This document shows positions 1-11,664 of a stretch of DNA of 64,000 nt, piece by piece. The stretch is from Podarcis bocagei (Eukaryota). The notes under the pieces are model-generated. The model made no database searches. It was not told the DNA's origin and saw only the letters and a list, made by a program, of their open reading frames with translations. Position 1 is the stretch's first letter; each line of letters opens with the position of its first letter. Both the position numbers and the translations under genes were made by a program. The DNA lies in NCBI GenBank assembly GCA_964188305.1, contig OZ076888.1, one strand, 5' to 3'.

Positions 1-2813
1 AGATCAATGAGTAAGATGGAGAGTTAAGATATGCAGCTTCTAAGGAAAATGAGGGGAACCGTGGGAACACCTCAGACAAACAGTCAGGATTTGAAAAATG
101 AAAAGCTCTCTTACTTCCAGTTATCATAATATACACCATCATGGAAAAGGTTAGTTCTCTGCCTCTTGGCCAAATGAAATGCCCAAAATAATGGATAAGA
201 GAGAACTGGTATATGTAGTAAAATTGGAGTATTAGAATGGTTGTGTATGCTGAAGCTGTATTTTATTCTTTCTGGTGCATACTTTGTGATGGATGTCAGA
301 AGAAAGGCTAGCACGGGCACACAACTGTCAGAACTGGCAACAATCTTAAGCACGCTTTCAGCGTAATGGGCTGGTATGAAATGCCCTGGCTCAGAGTAGC
401 AAAGATCAGCCAGACTTCTTAATTTTTCTCAGTACAATAAATCCTGCACCAGAAACCTTAACATATTTAAAGCTGCCTCTGCATCCCACTAGAAATCTAG
501 GAGATGCAGATCAAACCCATGGTCTCAATACCTCAAAATGGGATTAGAAATAAAAGGGTTGGTGCCAGTTCTACTCTTGAGTAGGACTTAGTTGAATGCA
601 ATTCAAATTATTTTTCATGTATCTGTTAAACACTTTTTCTCAGTGAGAATGTTCTAAAGATCATTTGTAGTCTGATACAACATGGAATTAGTGTGAGTGC
701 ACCATTTGTTCAGGTGAAACACAGGGAAGTTGTGTGGTATGAGAATCTAAAAGCTGTTTAAATAATGGGTTAACCAAAGCAATATTCTAGGCAGTAAGGC
801 TTTCTCAACTATGAATATGGCAAAATTGAAGTATAAATGTCTTACTCAGCTTAATAGTTCTCAAATGCTGTCTTTTTTCCAGTTCAGTTGTGAAGCGGAG
901 GAGACTGACTTTCACAGTGGCAAGGTTGTTGCACTACATGGAAGCTAAACTCTACTAACATCCAATTATTATTTTCCTGTTTGCTGAATTGTACTATCCT
1001 AGCATATAAAATGGACATAGTGTCAGTTCAAATGTAGCATCGAACTGTGGTTTGGTATTATATTATTGAGCCTTGAATTTGTGTGGTTAGATTCCTTCTT
1101 CAGCTACCTGTGAACTCTGCTTTGCTTGCAATCTCTGGCTTTTGCAAACCAGAATTTGCCTGGTTTGGATAAAATTGCAAAGTATAGTTTGCTGCAAAGT
1201 AAGAGTTTGCAAGGAGTTCTGTGTCTGCAGTAGTTTTGTGCATGTGACTTTTTTATTTTATACCAAGAATGGAATGGTTAAACTTTGTGTAGCAAGTAAA
1301 TGTTGGAATATCTCCAGGGGCCTAAAGATTTTTACTAATTGGCATAAAGGGGTGCTGATTTCAGCCATCCATTTCTAATGTGGCAAGAGGACCAACGGTG
1401 GTTGCAGGTTTGTGCATGTGGTCATGGCGTGTTTTAACCAGGTTGTTTCTTCAGTCATTTTGCATATAGCAAAAAGATAAGGAGATGCTGCAGTGTGTAG
1501 TTTTGCTGCAAGTTACGAGTTTGGCCAACTGCTACACAAGCCCAGTGCCAAAGTCTAATGTGGCTGCAGCTAACAGCACTGCGGCTAACAGCACTGTTGT
1601 TCATCTCAGTTCACAAGATTTAAAAACCAATTCAGGCTGTTGGTAAGAACAGAAGATGGGGGAAGAAATAGTTGAAAGTCAGCAAAAGTCACCTTGGTAA
1701 CTGCAGCATTACACTCGCTCAGAATGAAGAGACTTCAAACATGACTACAAACAGCTTTAAAGAAACAAAAAGAATTTAATCATCTAAAGAATTAATCTGA
1801 CAACTGCCCACACTTACACCTCCCACAATCCTTCAATCACTAGGGAATGAGCTTTAATCTCAGATTCCCCTCCAGTTCCATAAAATGCTAGATATGCAGT
1901 CTTCAAACTGGGGCATTTCCGGCACACTGCTCTCATTCAAATGCTCTCCCTCTCCTAACACAGCAGCCTTGGCTTTTGTCAGTTTTTTGTTTCATTTCTT
2001 TCTGGATGCAAACCGAGGATCATGAATTATTTGTGTTGGTTGGGTGAAGCATTCAGTCTGGTGGAGATGTTTACAATATTTTTACGTGCTAGTTACTGCA
2101 AAAAAGAAAACTTGTGCCACCTTTTACTAACGCTTTTGGGAAGGAGCAGGGAGAGGCCAAGATGGGTGGCACAAAAATACAAGTAATTGAAACAAAAGGC
2201 ATGCTTAATTGTAATTTTTAAAGCTATAATTTTTAGATAAAAGAGAGTGCAGTAATGAATTATTGGGTTCTTCCCCTCCCACACTGATTCCCCCCCCCCA
2301 TCTAGGTTGCCTTCTTTTGCAAAGGCCAGGCATGGATTTTCATTCATGCTTGAAGAATGTGAAAATCTCCTGCATACTTGGTTTTCAGCTTAGTGTGTAG
2401 GTTATTGAACATCTAATGTGTGGGTGGCCCTTCCAGTACCCTCCCATTCAAAGGTTGGCAAGGCAAAGAGAAGGGCCTTCACTTAGGAGACAAATTATAT
2501 GGGGAATTCTACGCTTCCGGAGTCACTCTGTAAAGAAAATCTCTTGGTTCAAGAGTTAGAGCCAGCAAATCTGAATCACATATGGGTTACGGGGAGCTTA
2601 TTCCAGGGACTTAATATATTGTCTTGTTTTGAGAAGAAGCTCATCAGGATGTGGTCAAGCCAGGAAATGAGGCACGGTTCAGGTTAGGGGAATAGACTTC
2701 TGGAATACTGGAGCAGGCAGAGCTTTAAGGAGGAAATTGCAGCAGCAAAAGGCATGTGGAGGGTTCATGGACTTTTAAATCTGTTCTGTTCGTTTTTCTG
2801 AGAAAGAAAAGTA

Positions 2814-3514
2814 CCGTATTTTTCGCTCTATTAGACGCACCAGACGATTGGACGCACCTAGTTTTTAGAGGAGGAAAACAAGAAATAGGAAAGGAACGCA
2901 AAGCATCCTGAGCTAAGAGGGAGCGCTCCTCCATCTTCGCTCAGGAGGCTTTGTGGGGCTATCCCTGAAGCCAGGAGAGCAAGCACCAATCCCTCTTGCC
3001 CTCCTGGCTTCAGCAAAAGCAAGCCTACTGGCTATCCTCCCGCAAGAGCCGCACGCTCTGTCTCTTCCCCCACCTCCTGCAAAAGCCAGGGATAGCTGCG
3101 CGAAGCCTCCGCAGGGCAGCGGGATAAAGGCTCCCCGTTCCCCTGCGGAGACTTTATCCCGTGGCTAAGCCAGAAGGTAGAACAGCCAGCGGGATCCCGC
3201 TTGCTGTCCTGGCTTCTTTAGCTGTACGCAGCCTCTCTGGCTTAAGCAAAGACAGCCAGCAGGATGCATCCTGCTGGCTGTCCTGGCTTCTTCTTTGGCC
3301 GTGCGCCTTCATCCCCTGCCCAGGAGAGGCTGCGCGTGGCTAAGGATCCCCCAAGAGTCGCGCTCCCTTTAAAGAGCGCACAGAGTGCGCGTGCGGCTCT
3401 TTAAAGGGAGCGCTGAGCAGAGCCTCCCGCCTGCATTCGCTGCATAAGACACACACACATTTCCCCTTACTTTTTAGGAGGGGAAAAGTGTGTCTTATAG
3501 AGCAAAAAATATGG
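2814..3514. mobile_element. Tc2/pogo-type non-autonomous DNA transposon with GC-rich, hairpin-rich interior
   Basis: TA|CCGTATTTTTCGCTCTATTAGACGCAC ... GTGTGTCTTATAGAGCAAAAAATATGG|TA: ~27-bp TIRs differing mostly at CpGs, with TA TSD. Confidence 0.88.
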
Positions 3515-4368
3515 TACATAAATATCCTTATGCTAACAGCCTATTCTGTAGCAGTCCAGAATGAACGCTGGAATATGTAACTATAATGTAACCTGTGATC
3601 AGATACACAACCTATGCTGTTGATAGTGGTGCAGCTACACTCTTGCCAGAAAAAGATACGGGCTTCTGAAGCTGCAGAGACACCTTTATACAATAGTACA
3701 GAATATTCTATTGATCTATGACGTTCTGTGGACCCAGCTACAGCGATTCTGGATGCATAACACTGCATTTGGACAACATGGCATTTGCATTCTGGCCATT
3801 GTTGTTTTATGTGTAGTTTGGTGCTCTGGTCAATAGCAGTAAGATGAATGAACCTGATCTTGTGATTAGGGCTTGGCGATGGAGAAGTTGGCACTGAAAC
3901 ACAATTCATGCGGGCAAGTTAACACTAGAGCACAATCTACAGTAAGAACAGTTCTATTTGGGGGTTTTGTAAACAGAAGCACAGCTACATAAATCTAAGT
4001 GGATACAGTTATTTCCATTATGCCCTAGAACTCCTGTGGTTTAGGGTTCTCTCAGCAGTGGACCTCATACAAAAACATAATGTGAGCTTAATCCCCAAAA
4101 CTTGTAAATTTACTTGTAAATTGCTGTCTGGAGAAACACACAGCTGCCATTATTACTGCTTTAACACTAGAGCCAAATATATTGTCACAGTTGGAGCATC
4201 AGAGTATGAGTATGAATTCTGCCCTTTTTTTAGCATTACAATGAATACTTAATCTCATTTTTTATTATAACTGCAGAGTAAAGACAGTTTGGTTCCAGTG
4301 TCCATAAGGTTTGCAACTGTTTTCTTAGCTTGCAACTTAGGGATGAAAAATTTCTCCATCACCATTTA

Positions 4369-4523
4369 TCATATTTTTTCCGTGTATAGGACGCCCCCTA
4401 TTTTGGGAGACTCCAAATTAAGAAAACACTCTTTAGCACTACCTGTCTGTAAGATAAGCCCCAATTTTAAACCTAATTTTCTGGTAAAAAAAAACCCCTA
4501 GTCTTATACATGGAAAAATACGG
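4369..4523. mobile_element. Short Tc2/pogo-type MITE (empty form)
   Basis: TA|TCATATTTTTTCCGTGTATAGGACG ... GTCTTATACATGGAAAAATACGG|TA: imperfect TIRs of the CCGTATTT type with a TA duplication. Confidence 0.8.
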
Positions 4524-5953
4524 TAATTTGTATGCCATCTTTCCATAGTTAAAACCATGTTCAAGACGGCTTACACGTGAAAAGATTTACATAATTACAA
4601 ACATATCAAAAGTAGTCAAAAACAATGAATAAAGCATATCAAAAGTACACAGCCATTATTGAACAATTTCTGCATGAATAAGATGTAAATAAATAAAATA
4701 TAAACATAAACATACAAAAAATAATATAACAGCACAAAAAACCCCAACAATCCCTCCTAAACAATGCCCCAACCCAAGAGTCTATTCAGCAGCCCCAGCT
4801 TTTGTAGCTGGAGTAAGTCAGAGCTCTGCCCTCCCAAGCCAGGTGGAACAGGCTAGTTAGGCAGGGAGCAAGTCTTCCACGACTCACAGCCATAATTTGA
4901 TATTCTTCTGGTGAATATATGCTGCTTTTAGGAGTTAGTGTCAGATAAATAGAATGTGTGGGTAGTAGGATAATTTTGCTAAATGTACATTGGAGATCAA
5001 GAAAGCTTAACTTAGTGGTCAATTGGCTGTTCAGTTATTTTAGAACAAAATGATAAACTGCCAAACTTATTATTCAAGAGTCTGCTCCATGCTATGGTTG
5101 GGTTTTTTAAAAAAAAACCACAAAGGCCCCACCTACACATCAGTGCAGTTCTGTATCCTATCTAGTCTGAAAGCATTTGGTGGGGAGTGAAATATATTTT
5201 CTCCAGAGGTTCCAGCTGTATCAACCTGAATGTTCTATGACCCACATGGCAACAGTTCTGAAATGGTGGGCTGGAATAAATCAGTGAGTCATGGAAGACA
5301 TCCTCCTCTGCACTTCTTGCCAGGGTTCATTAAATTGGGTGGGGAAACTCTGGCCTCTCTCCCCATCCATATTTCTCACCAGCCCTGCTCTGTACCCTGA
5401 TCAAGTGCTTTTGCCTCGGAGGAATGTGTCCTTGCCATTTCTATTGGTTGTCAGAGTGGAGATGTGTAGAAATCTCTGAGTTGTACATAGTCGGGATATA
5501 GCCTGTTATAAGAAAGGTAAGAGTCACATCCATTGCTCTACTTGCTTTTGGATCTGGCTGTATGCATGACTGGCATGAACACCCTGGAAGGTTGCCCATG
5601 GGAGTCTGTGGCCCTTTGTTGAAAAGTATTCCCCATGCTTGCCTTAGATGAAATCACAAAGTGTTTTGTTCACATCTTCTTCACTATTTGCATGGAGAGA
5701 TTTATTCCCTTTTTTCACCCTTAGATTATAGTCATCTTAATCAGGGTAGGGAACCAGTGGCCCTTCAAATGTTGTTGGGCTTTTCTGTTGGCCCCAACCA
5801 GGGTGGCCAGTAGCCAGGAATGTTAGGAGCTAGAGTCCAGCAATATCCAGAGAACCGTAGCTTCCCCATCCTTTCTTTATGCCTTCCATCTATTGAAGAA
5901 TGGCTCGTATCTTATAGAGAGGTTGACATTAATAAAACTTTTACCGGCTTAGG

Positions 5954-6171
5954 TGTGATTCTTTCAACTGGCTTTGTGCCTCACTGGGGAAACTGACAGG
6001 AAGCGTTGAGGAAGGGTTGACAAAGTTTTCCAAATCCAAACTTTTGCAAAGAATCATGACCAAGTTTGTCAGGGTTGTATAACCTGAAGGCAGTAGCTAT
6101 GGATATTTATTGCATGTGAACAACCGGCTAACTGAGAAGTGATCCAATGTCATGTCCCTCCTGGAGGAATC
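5954..6171 (+). repeat. Left arm of long inverted repeat
   Basis: Reverse complement of 7304-7645 excluding the inserted SINE, e.g. tttgtgcctcactggggaaactg / cagtttccccagtgaggcacaaa and gcatgtgaacaaccggct / agccggttgttcacatgc. Confidence 0.9.
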
Positions 6172-7303
6172 TTTTTTGAGGGCTCACATGGAGTTCCTGA
6201 AGCTAAAATCACAATGGTGCAGTCTTTGGCAATGGCTCTTGAAGCAGATCTGTTGATTCTGTGCCCTTGGGACAGGTAACCCCATCTTTGTCTTAGAGAC
6301 AGATGCCAAATGGCCACCTAGTCCTCAGGAGTGCAGGTACCTAATGGTGCAGAATTGGTCAATCTCCAGCTGCAGGTACTTGCCTGAGGAATAAAGTATC
6401 CATTTGAACAAAGAGATATTTGAGAATAAGCCACTCTTCACAAGTCGGGGCTCTGAAGACTTTAGGCTTCAGTTCTAGACAGAGTCCTGGAACAATGTGT
6501 GCACCAGCTCCTAGACTTAAATACCCCCTGATTACCAAACTGTTCACTAGGACCTCTCGCCACCACCCTGATGTTTGGACTTGAGACTTCCTTCAGATCT
6601 TGCTTCTCATTCTGACCTTGTGTTTGGACCTCAGACTGCCTTCAGTCTGTGCTCCTGATATACACCTTCGCTAATTCCCATATGTAAATCAAGCAGCACT
6701 GTAAGAAGTGACCTGATCTCTTAAAAATTTCATATAACAGTGTTTGAAACTTTGCTTCTAAGGCAACCAGACTCGTTGAGTACCACTTAGGAATATGTTT
6801 CAAGTCTTCAGGTACCGTTGTGTGTGAATGTATATTTGAATCAATACTAAGTGTTAACAGACATGGTCATTCTTCCTTTAGTGACTCCATCATCACAGAT
6901 AATGTCTAGAGGCATCAGTAACTTCTCACACTGATTCTAGCTCACTATGATAATAAAATTGGCAGTAAGGTTGTTTCTACATTGAAGAGGATATTCACAG
7001 TGCCTTATAAGATCCTTGTAAAAATAGGCCATCCTTGATAGGATCTGGCTAGGCTGTGCAGTGAAAAATCCTCTGGAAAATATGCCTGTGGGTCTTTAAC
7101 TGTGAAAAGGCAATATTATGAATATTTACTTGTGAATGATCCTATTTTACTCAGCGGGACATGCTTGCTACATACATCTTGGCTATGTGAGAGGTTGGAT
7201 GACTTAACAAATTTATGTAGGCATACAAATATTAATATGGATACTGCAGGAGCTTGGTCTAGCAGGTTCCCAATATTTTCATGGTATGCTACCATCTCTA
7301 AGT

Positions 7304-7645
7304 GATTCCTCCAGCAGGGAAATGACATCAGGTCACTTCTCAGCCGGTTGTTCACATGCAGTGCAAAACTCAGTGGTACTTATAACCCCAAGGTTGCAGA
7401 TTCAGTCCCCGTAAGGGACAGCTTTGCAGGGTTTTGGACTAGATGATCCTCAGGGTCCCTTCCAACTCTACAATTCTATGATTCTATATTCCCAACCCAT
7501 AGCTACTACCTTCAGGTTATACAATCCTGACAAACGTCTTCATGATTTTTTGCAAAAGCTTGGATTTGAAATTTTTTGTCAACCCTTCCTCCACACTTCT
7601 GGCCAGTTTCCCCAGTGAGGCACAAATCCAGTCGAAAGCATCACA
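7304..7645 (-). repeat. Right arm of long inverted repeat, interrupted by a SINE
   Basis: Complementary to 5954-6171 in two blocks (about 7304-7362 and 7497-7645). Confidence 0.9.
7369..7487 (+). mobile_element. Degenerate tRNA-derived SINE with CR1-like tail
   Basis: Similar to 8629-8779. Ends ggactagatgatcctcagggtcccttccaactctacaattctatgattctat, a CR1-type (TTCTATGA) tail. Confidence 0.75.
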
Positions 7646-8009
7646 AGACATAAGCATAGCCTGGATACTAGAAAGTAGGAGTGACACCTTTAAAAAATAT
7701 AGATCATACTAAAATGAGAGTGTAGCCATTTTCAGGTGCCTCAAAGTCCTGAAACTTGTGAGATGAGGCAGCAGGAACAAGTGTGGTCGTTTCATCCCTC
7801 ACCCCTCCTCTCTATTTTTTTGCCTTCTGCCTTGGGAAAGGAGAATGTCTGTCTGCAGTGGGAATGCTTTTGTATCTGTAGTGGCTTCCTGTGTGTATTG
7901 GAATGCTTTCATAGGTTTGAAGGCAATAGTGGTGGACCTAGCACATTTCACCCTACTGCCCCCCATGCTTACTGTTACCACTTTGGAGCACATGAAGATG
8001 GATTTTTGG

Positions 8010-8213
8010 ATGGATTTCCCCCCTAAATTGATTTTTGAATTCTGAATTTATTGTTATTCATGTTTTATATTGTATTTTATGCTGTTTTTTGTTGCATCAA
8101 TTAAGTGTTTTAAATTTGTTGTTAGCCGCCCTGAGCCCGGTTTTCTGAACCGGGAAGGGCGGGGTATAAATAATTTTTTAATTTATAGATAGATAGATAG
8201 ATAGATAGATAGA
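8010..8213 (+). mobile_element. LINE 3' end (L2-like) with (TAGA)n tail
   Basis: gttagccgccctgagcccgg...gggcggggtataaataa motif is shared with 23255-23385; followed by a (TAGA) repeat. Confidence 0.6.
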
Positions 8214-8485
8214 GCTGGAGAATAAGCTGCCTGTGAGCCAGAATTACTGGATCAAAATTGCATGTGATACGCTGGAATATTAAATTGGAGGGTAGAACAT
8301 AGTGTACTTTTGCTGAGGATGGTTGCATACAGCCATGCTCCTCTCTGTTGGAAAAGTGTGTTGTCCATTTTCCAGGGCACATCTGTCTGCCTTTGCCATT
8401 AATAAAAATCCTCTTTACAAAGTGATGTAAAGCAGGGTATTGGTCTTGGGCTCTAAATTCACGCCTATGTTTTTCTTTCTCTTAG

Positions 8486-8620
8486 GAGTCGGAAGGACAG
8501 CCTAGAAAGTGAAAGCTCGGCAACAATTATTCCTCATGAGTTGATTCGCACAAGACAGCTTGAGAGTGTGCACCTGAAATTCAACCAGGAATCAGGAGCA
8601 TTGATTCCACTTTGTTTAAG
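8486..8620 (+). CDS. SUFU: SUFU coding exon (equivalent to human exon 9), 135 bp
   Basis: Polypyrimidine tract plus ttag acceptor and gtgagt donor. Translates (G)SRKDSLESESSATIIPHELIRTRQLESVHLKFNQESGALIPLCL(R), recognisable as vertebrate Suppressor of fused. Phase matches the next exon. Confidence 0.97.
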
Positions 8621-8628
8621 GTGAGTAG

Positions 8629-8779
8629 TCAGCCTGGTTCACTCAGTTGGTTAGAGCGTGGTGCTGATAACTCCAAGGTTGCAGGTTCGAAACCCATATG
8701 GGATGGCTGCATATTCATGCATTGCAGGGCATTGGACGAGATGATCCTCGGTGTCGATTCCAACTCTATAATTATGTGA
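8629..8779 (+). mobile_element. tRNA-Ile-derived SINE with CR1-like tail
   Basis: Head ctcagttggttagagcgtggtgctgataactccaaggttgcaggttcga resembles tRNA-Ile with A and B boxes. Tail ggacgagatgatcctcggtgtcgattccaactcta is CR1-like. Confidence 0.8.
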
Positions 8780-9442
8780 ACTACAGCTTTCTGTGAACTA
8801 CCACCCTCTTGCTGCTGTCACTTCAAGCACACTGTCACCATTTAACAAGGCATTTTGTCCATGTGACGTTCACTTGTGAATGTACATGCTAATAATAATG
8901 CACTGGTACACAAGGCACTGCTTTTATCATAATTTAGTCCAATATACAGCCCTGTATCGATAGAATCCTAAGTAACTGTCAGCTGATTTGATTGATTTAT
9001 GAAAGATTGTGTATTGCAGTTAGTGAGGAAGAGTACAATTGAGTGTGGTTATCGAAAGTGGAGTTTTGGTATGGAATTGCTTTCACTTGAGCTCCCTTAT
9101 AACACACTCAGTAGTGTAGGAGCTAATTCCCTGTGGTGTGAACTCATGAGACTGCACTATGCTCATCAGTATTGAAACTGAAACACAGGTCAAATCTAAG
9201 TCGTCTTCTTTTTTTACCCAGGGCCAAAATAGTCAGCAAGGGCCTTAATCATAGGTTACTGTGGTCATGTTATGTTCACCCCCTTATGCCTTACTTTTTT
9301 ATTATCTGTGAATTTAGAGTAATGTGCGTACATGCTGTGAGACTTGAGTAGTTTAGTGCTTATAATATAGCAGTGTGTCACATGGAGAAGATACTGTGGA
9401 TTTAGAAATCACATTTATGAGTGTTTATATTTACTCTTCCAG

Positions 9443-9581
9443 GGGCAGACTATTACATGGACGGCACTTTACATACAAAAGTATTACGGGAGATACAGCA
9501 ATCACTTTTGTGTCCACAGGAGTTGAAGGGGCCTTTGCTACAGAGGAGCATCCATATGCAGCCCATGGGCCTTGGTTACAA
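9443..9581 (+). CDS. SUFU: SUFU coding exon (equivalent to human exon 10), 139 bp
   Basis: ccag acceptor and gtaaga donor. Encodes GRLLHGRHFTYKSITGDTAITFVSTGVEGAFATEEHPYAAHGPWLQ (inside ORF 9375..9767). Confidence 0.97.
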
Positions 9582-11140
9582 GTAAGAGCCCTCTCATCCT
9601 CTTTCCATCTTGCTGCAGTCACTCCTTCCTTCTTCCCAAAAGAACATTTCTTCACTTCATTTTGCTATATTATTTTTAGGCCAAGGAAGCCTTTGCATTC
9701 TGCTGCAGTTTCTTTTGAAGTGTTTAGGAAAGAGAATTTAAAGCCAAAAAGTAATGGCAGTCTCTAATACTCTCTTCTGTGTAAACAGCAATTTTCTCTC
9801 CCAGAATCCCAGAGCATTTTACCAACTCTGCATCCTCTAATTCCCTCTCTTACCACTGCAATGCAGCTACCTCTTGTAGTTACTGTTTTTGAACAGCACA
9901 ATGCAGCCTAGAAGACAAGGTTACAATACTTGAACCCTTGAAAAACTCAAAAGGAAAATCAAAACTGCAGAAATGGGAACCTTGCAAAATGATCTTCGCC
10001 TAGGGCGCTGTTGTGAAGAGGCCTGGTTTTTGAGCAGAGAGGCATAGTATTCCTCTTCCCTTAATATGAAACTGTAACACACTTTTGATTTAAGAGTTTT
10101 TTTCTTAAGATATCCACAACATGAATTCCTAGAAATGACCGCACTCCTCCTGGCCCCTTTGTACACTGGGTATGTTTCACCCTTCCTAAAATCTTGCCAT
10201 CATAACTGCGTACATCCTCTAGGATGAGCTAGTGGGGGCAGGAAATAGAGGAACTATTTGAAACAACTGAGTGAAATCCATGCCTATGAAGGATGGAACT
10301 CTGCATGGCTTCTGTATCTCGTCTTGAAATACTTTCAAAGCTGTAGCTTTGTGTATATAATCTACAACTAGTTAAGAAAAGGACAGGAAGTTTAGATGTG
10401 TGGCCATTTCTCCCCCCTCACATTTTTCAAGATGCATTTCTTTCCTAAGAACCCTTCAGTTCTTTGCTCCTGTAGGTGTCACAATTGGGCTGGGTATGAA
10501 CTTTTTTTTTTAAAAAAAAATATTCTTAAGGCATATGAGCTTGAAACACTTTTAGAACATGTTGAACATGTAGGAAGTCCCTGTCAGCTTGTTTTCTGAG
10601 AAATGGATTCGCTTTCCCAGCACACTAATGATTTAGGATAGACACTCAAAGGATCTAGTCCATTGTTCTGTTTCTTGTACTATTGCCTGTGGCCTCTGAA
10701 TATTTGCTCCAGATAATGGCTTTTTAGGATTTGTCCATGTGGGAATGTATTGAAGAGCCCTGTATAGCTTCTCAGTTAGTGCTCCGGCTATTAAGAAAGC
10801 ACAGACAGTACAGACCCTTTTCAGAATAGACAAAGAATGATCTACATTTGCTGGTTGTGGGTGTGACATTTTTGGAAATAACCTTACCCAGTTTCATGCA
10901 CCTCTGGCCGTCCTTCTTGCTGCTACCTGCCCTATAATTAGACATAACTGACAGATATAGGAAAGCTAGAATGAGTAGTTAGGGCCTAGAGCAAGCAGGT
11001 TAGTAGGTGAACCTGTAGTTGTAGAATATTCTTAGTTTTCGAAATGAAATAGCAGCTTAGCACAACCCATGTTTGGGGGGATAAAGGAGCACATTTGTCC
11101 TCAGCAGAGGTTTTGTATAATCAGATAAAGAATTCCCCAA

Positions 11141-11664
11141 TGTCAGGGACAAGCAGGAGTTCCAAGGGGTGGGCAGAGAAGGCACGGGGGTAGGAGGATG
11201 GGGCAGGGAAAGAAGCCAGTGATTTGGGGGGTTCTGTGCCACCTGTGAGGCAGGAGCTGGGGTTGGAGGAAGAGGAAGAGTCCGGGCGGGCAGGCAGCTG
11301 CGGGGGGGGGGGCTCCTCTGTCCCTCCCCCGCTGTCTCCAAGGACAAGGAGGGGCTTAAAGCGACAGGAGCAGCTGGAGCTGCTGTGCAGGTGAAGTCGC
11401 CAGTTGCTTGTGTGAGGGGGCTTAAGTGAGCTGGAAGGGGCATGGTTGCTCCAACTGTCTGGGCCAGAGTACAATGCTGAAGAAGTAGGTGCCTAGCTAG
11501 CTAATTAGTAGGAGTGCTGTGTATATCCCTTGCACCTTAGGAGCTGGTGTAGTTGAGTGTTTTGCCAACAAAGAACTAAACTACCAATTGCTTATTCTCG
11601 TTGGGGCTGGGTGTGCTCTGGACACCCAACCACATTTACTCCCCGTTCGATTCTGTACCTAACA
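11141..11664 (+). mobile_element. Probable solo LTR
   Basis: TGTCAGG...CCTAACA terminal inverted motif (TG...CA), ~520 bp, purine/GC-rich relative to the flanks. No matching TSD seen. Confidence 0.4.

Noticed and set aside
8629-8705. tRNA-Ile gene (anticodon GAT)
   Set aside because: The acceptor stem is degenerate, it continues into a CR1-type tail, and a second decayed copy is at 7369. This is a SINE head.
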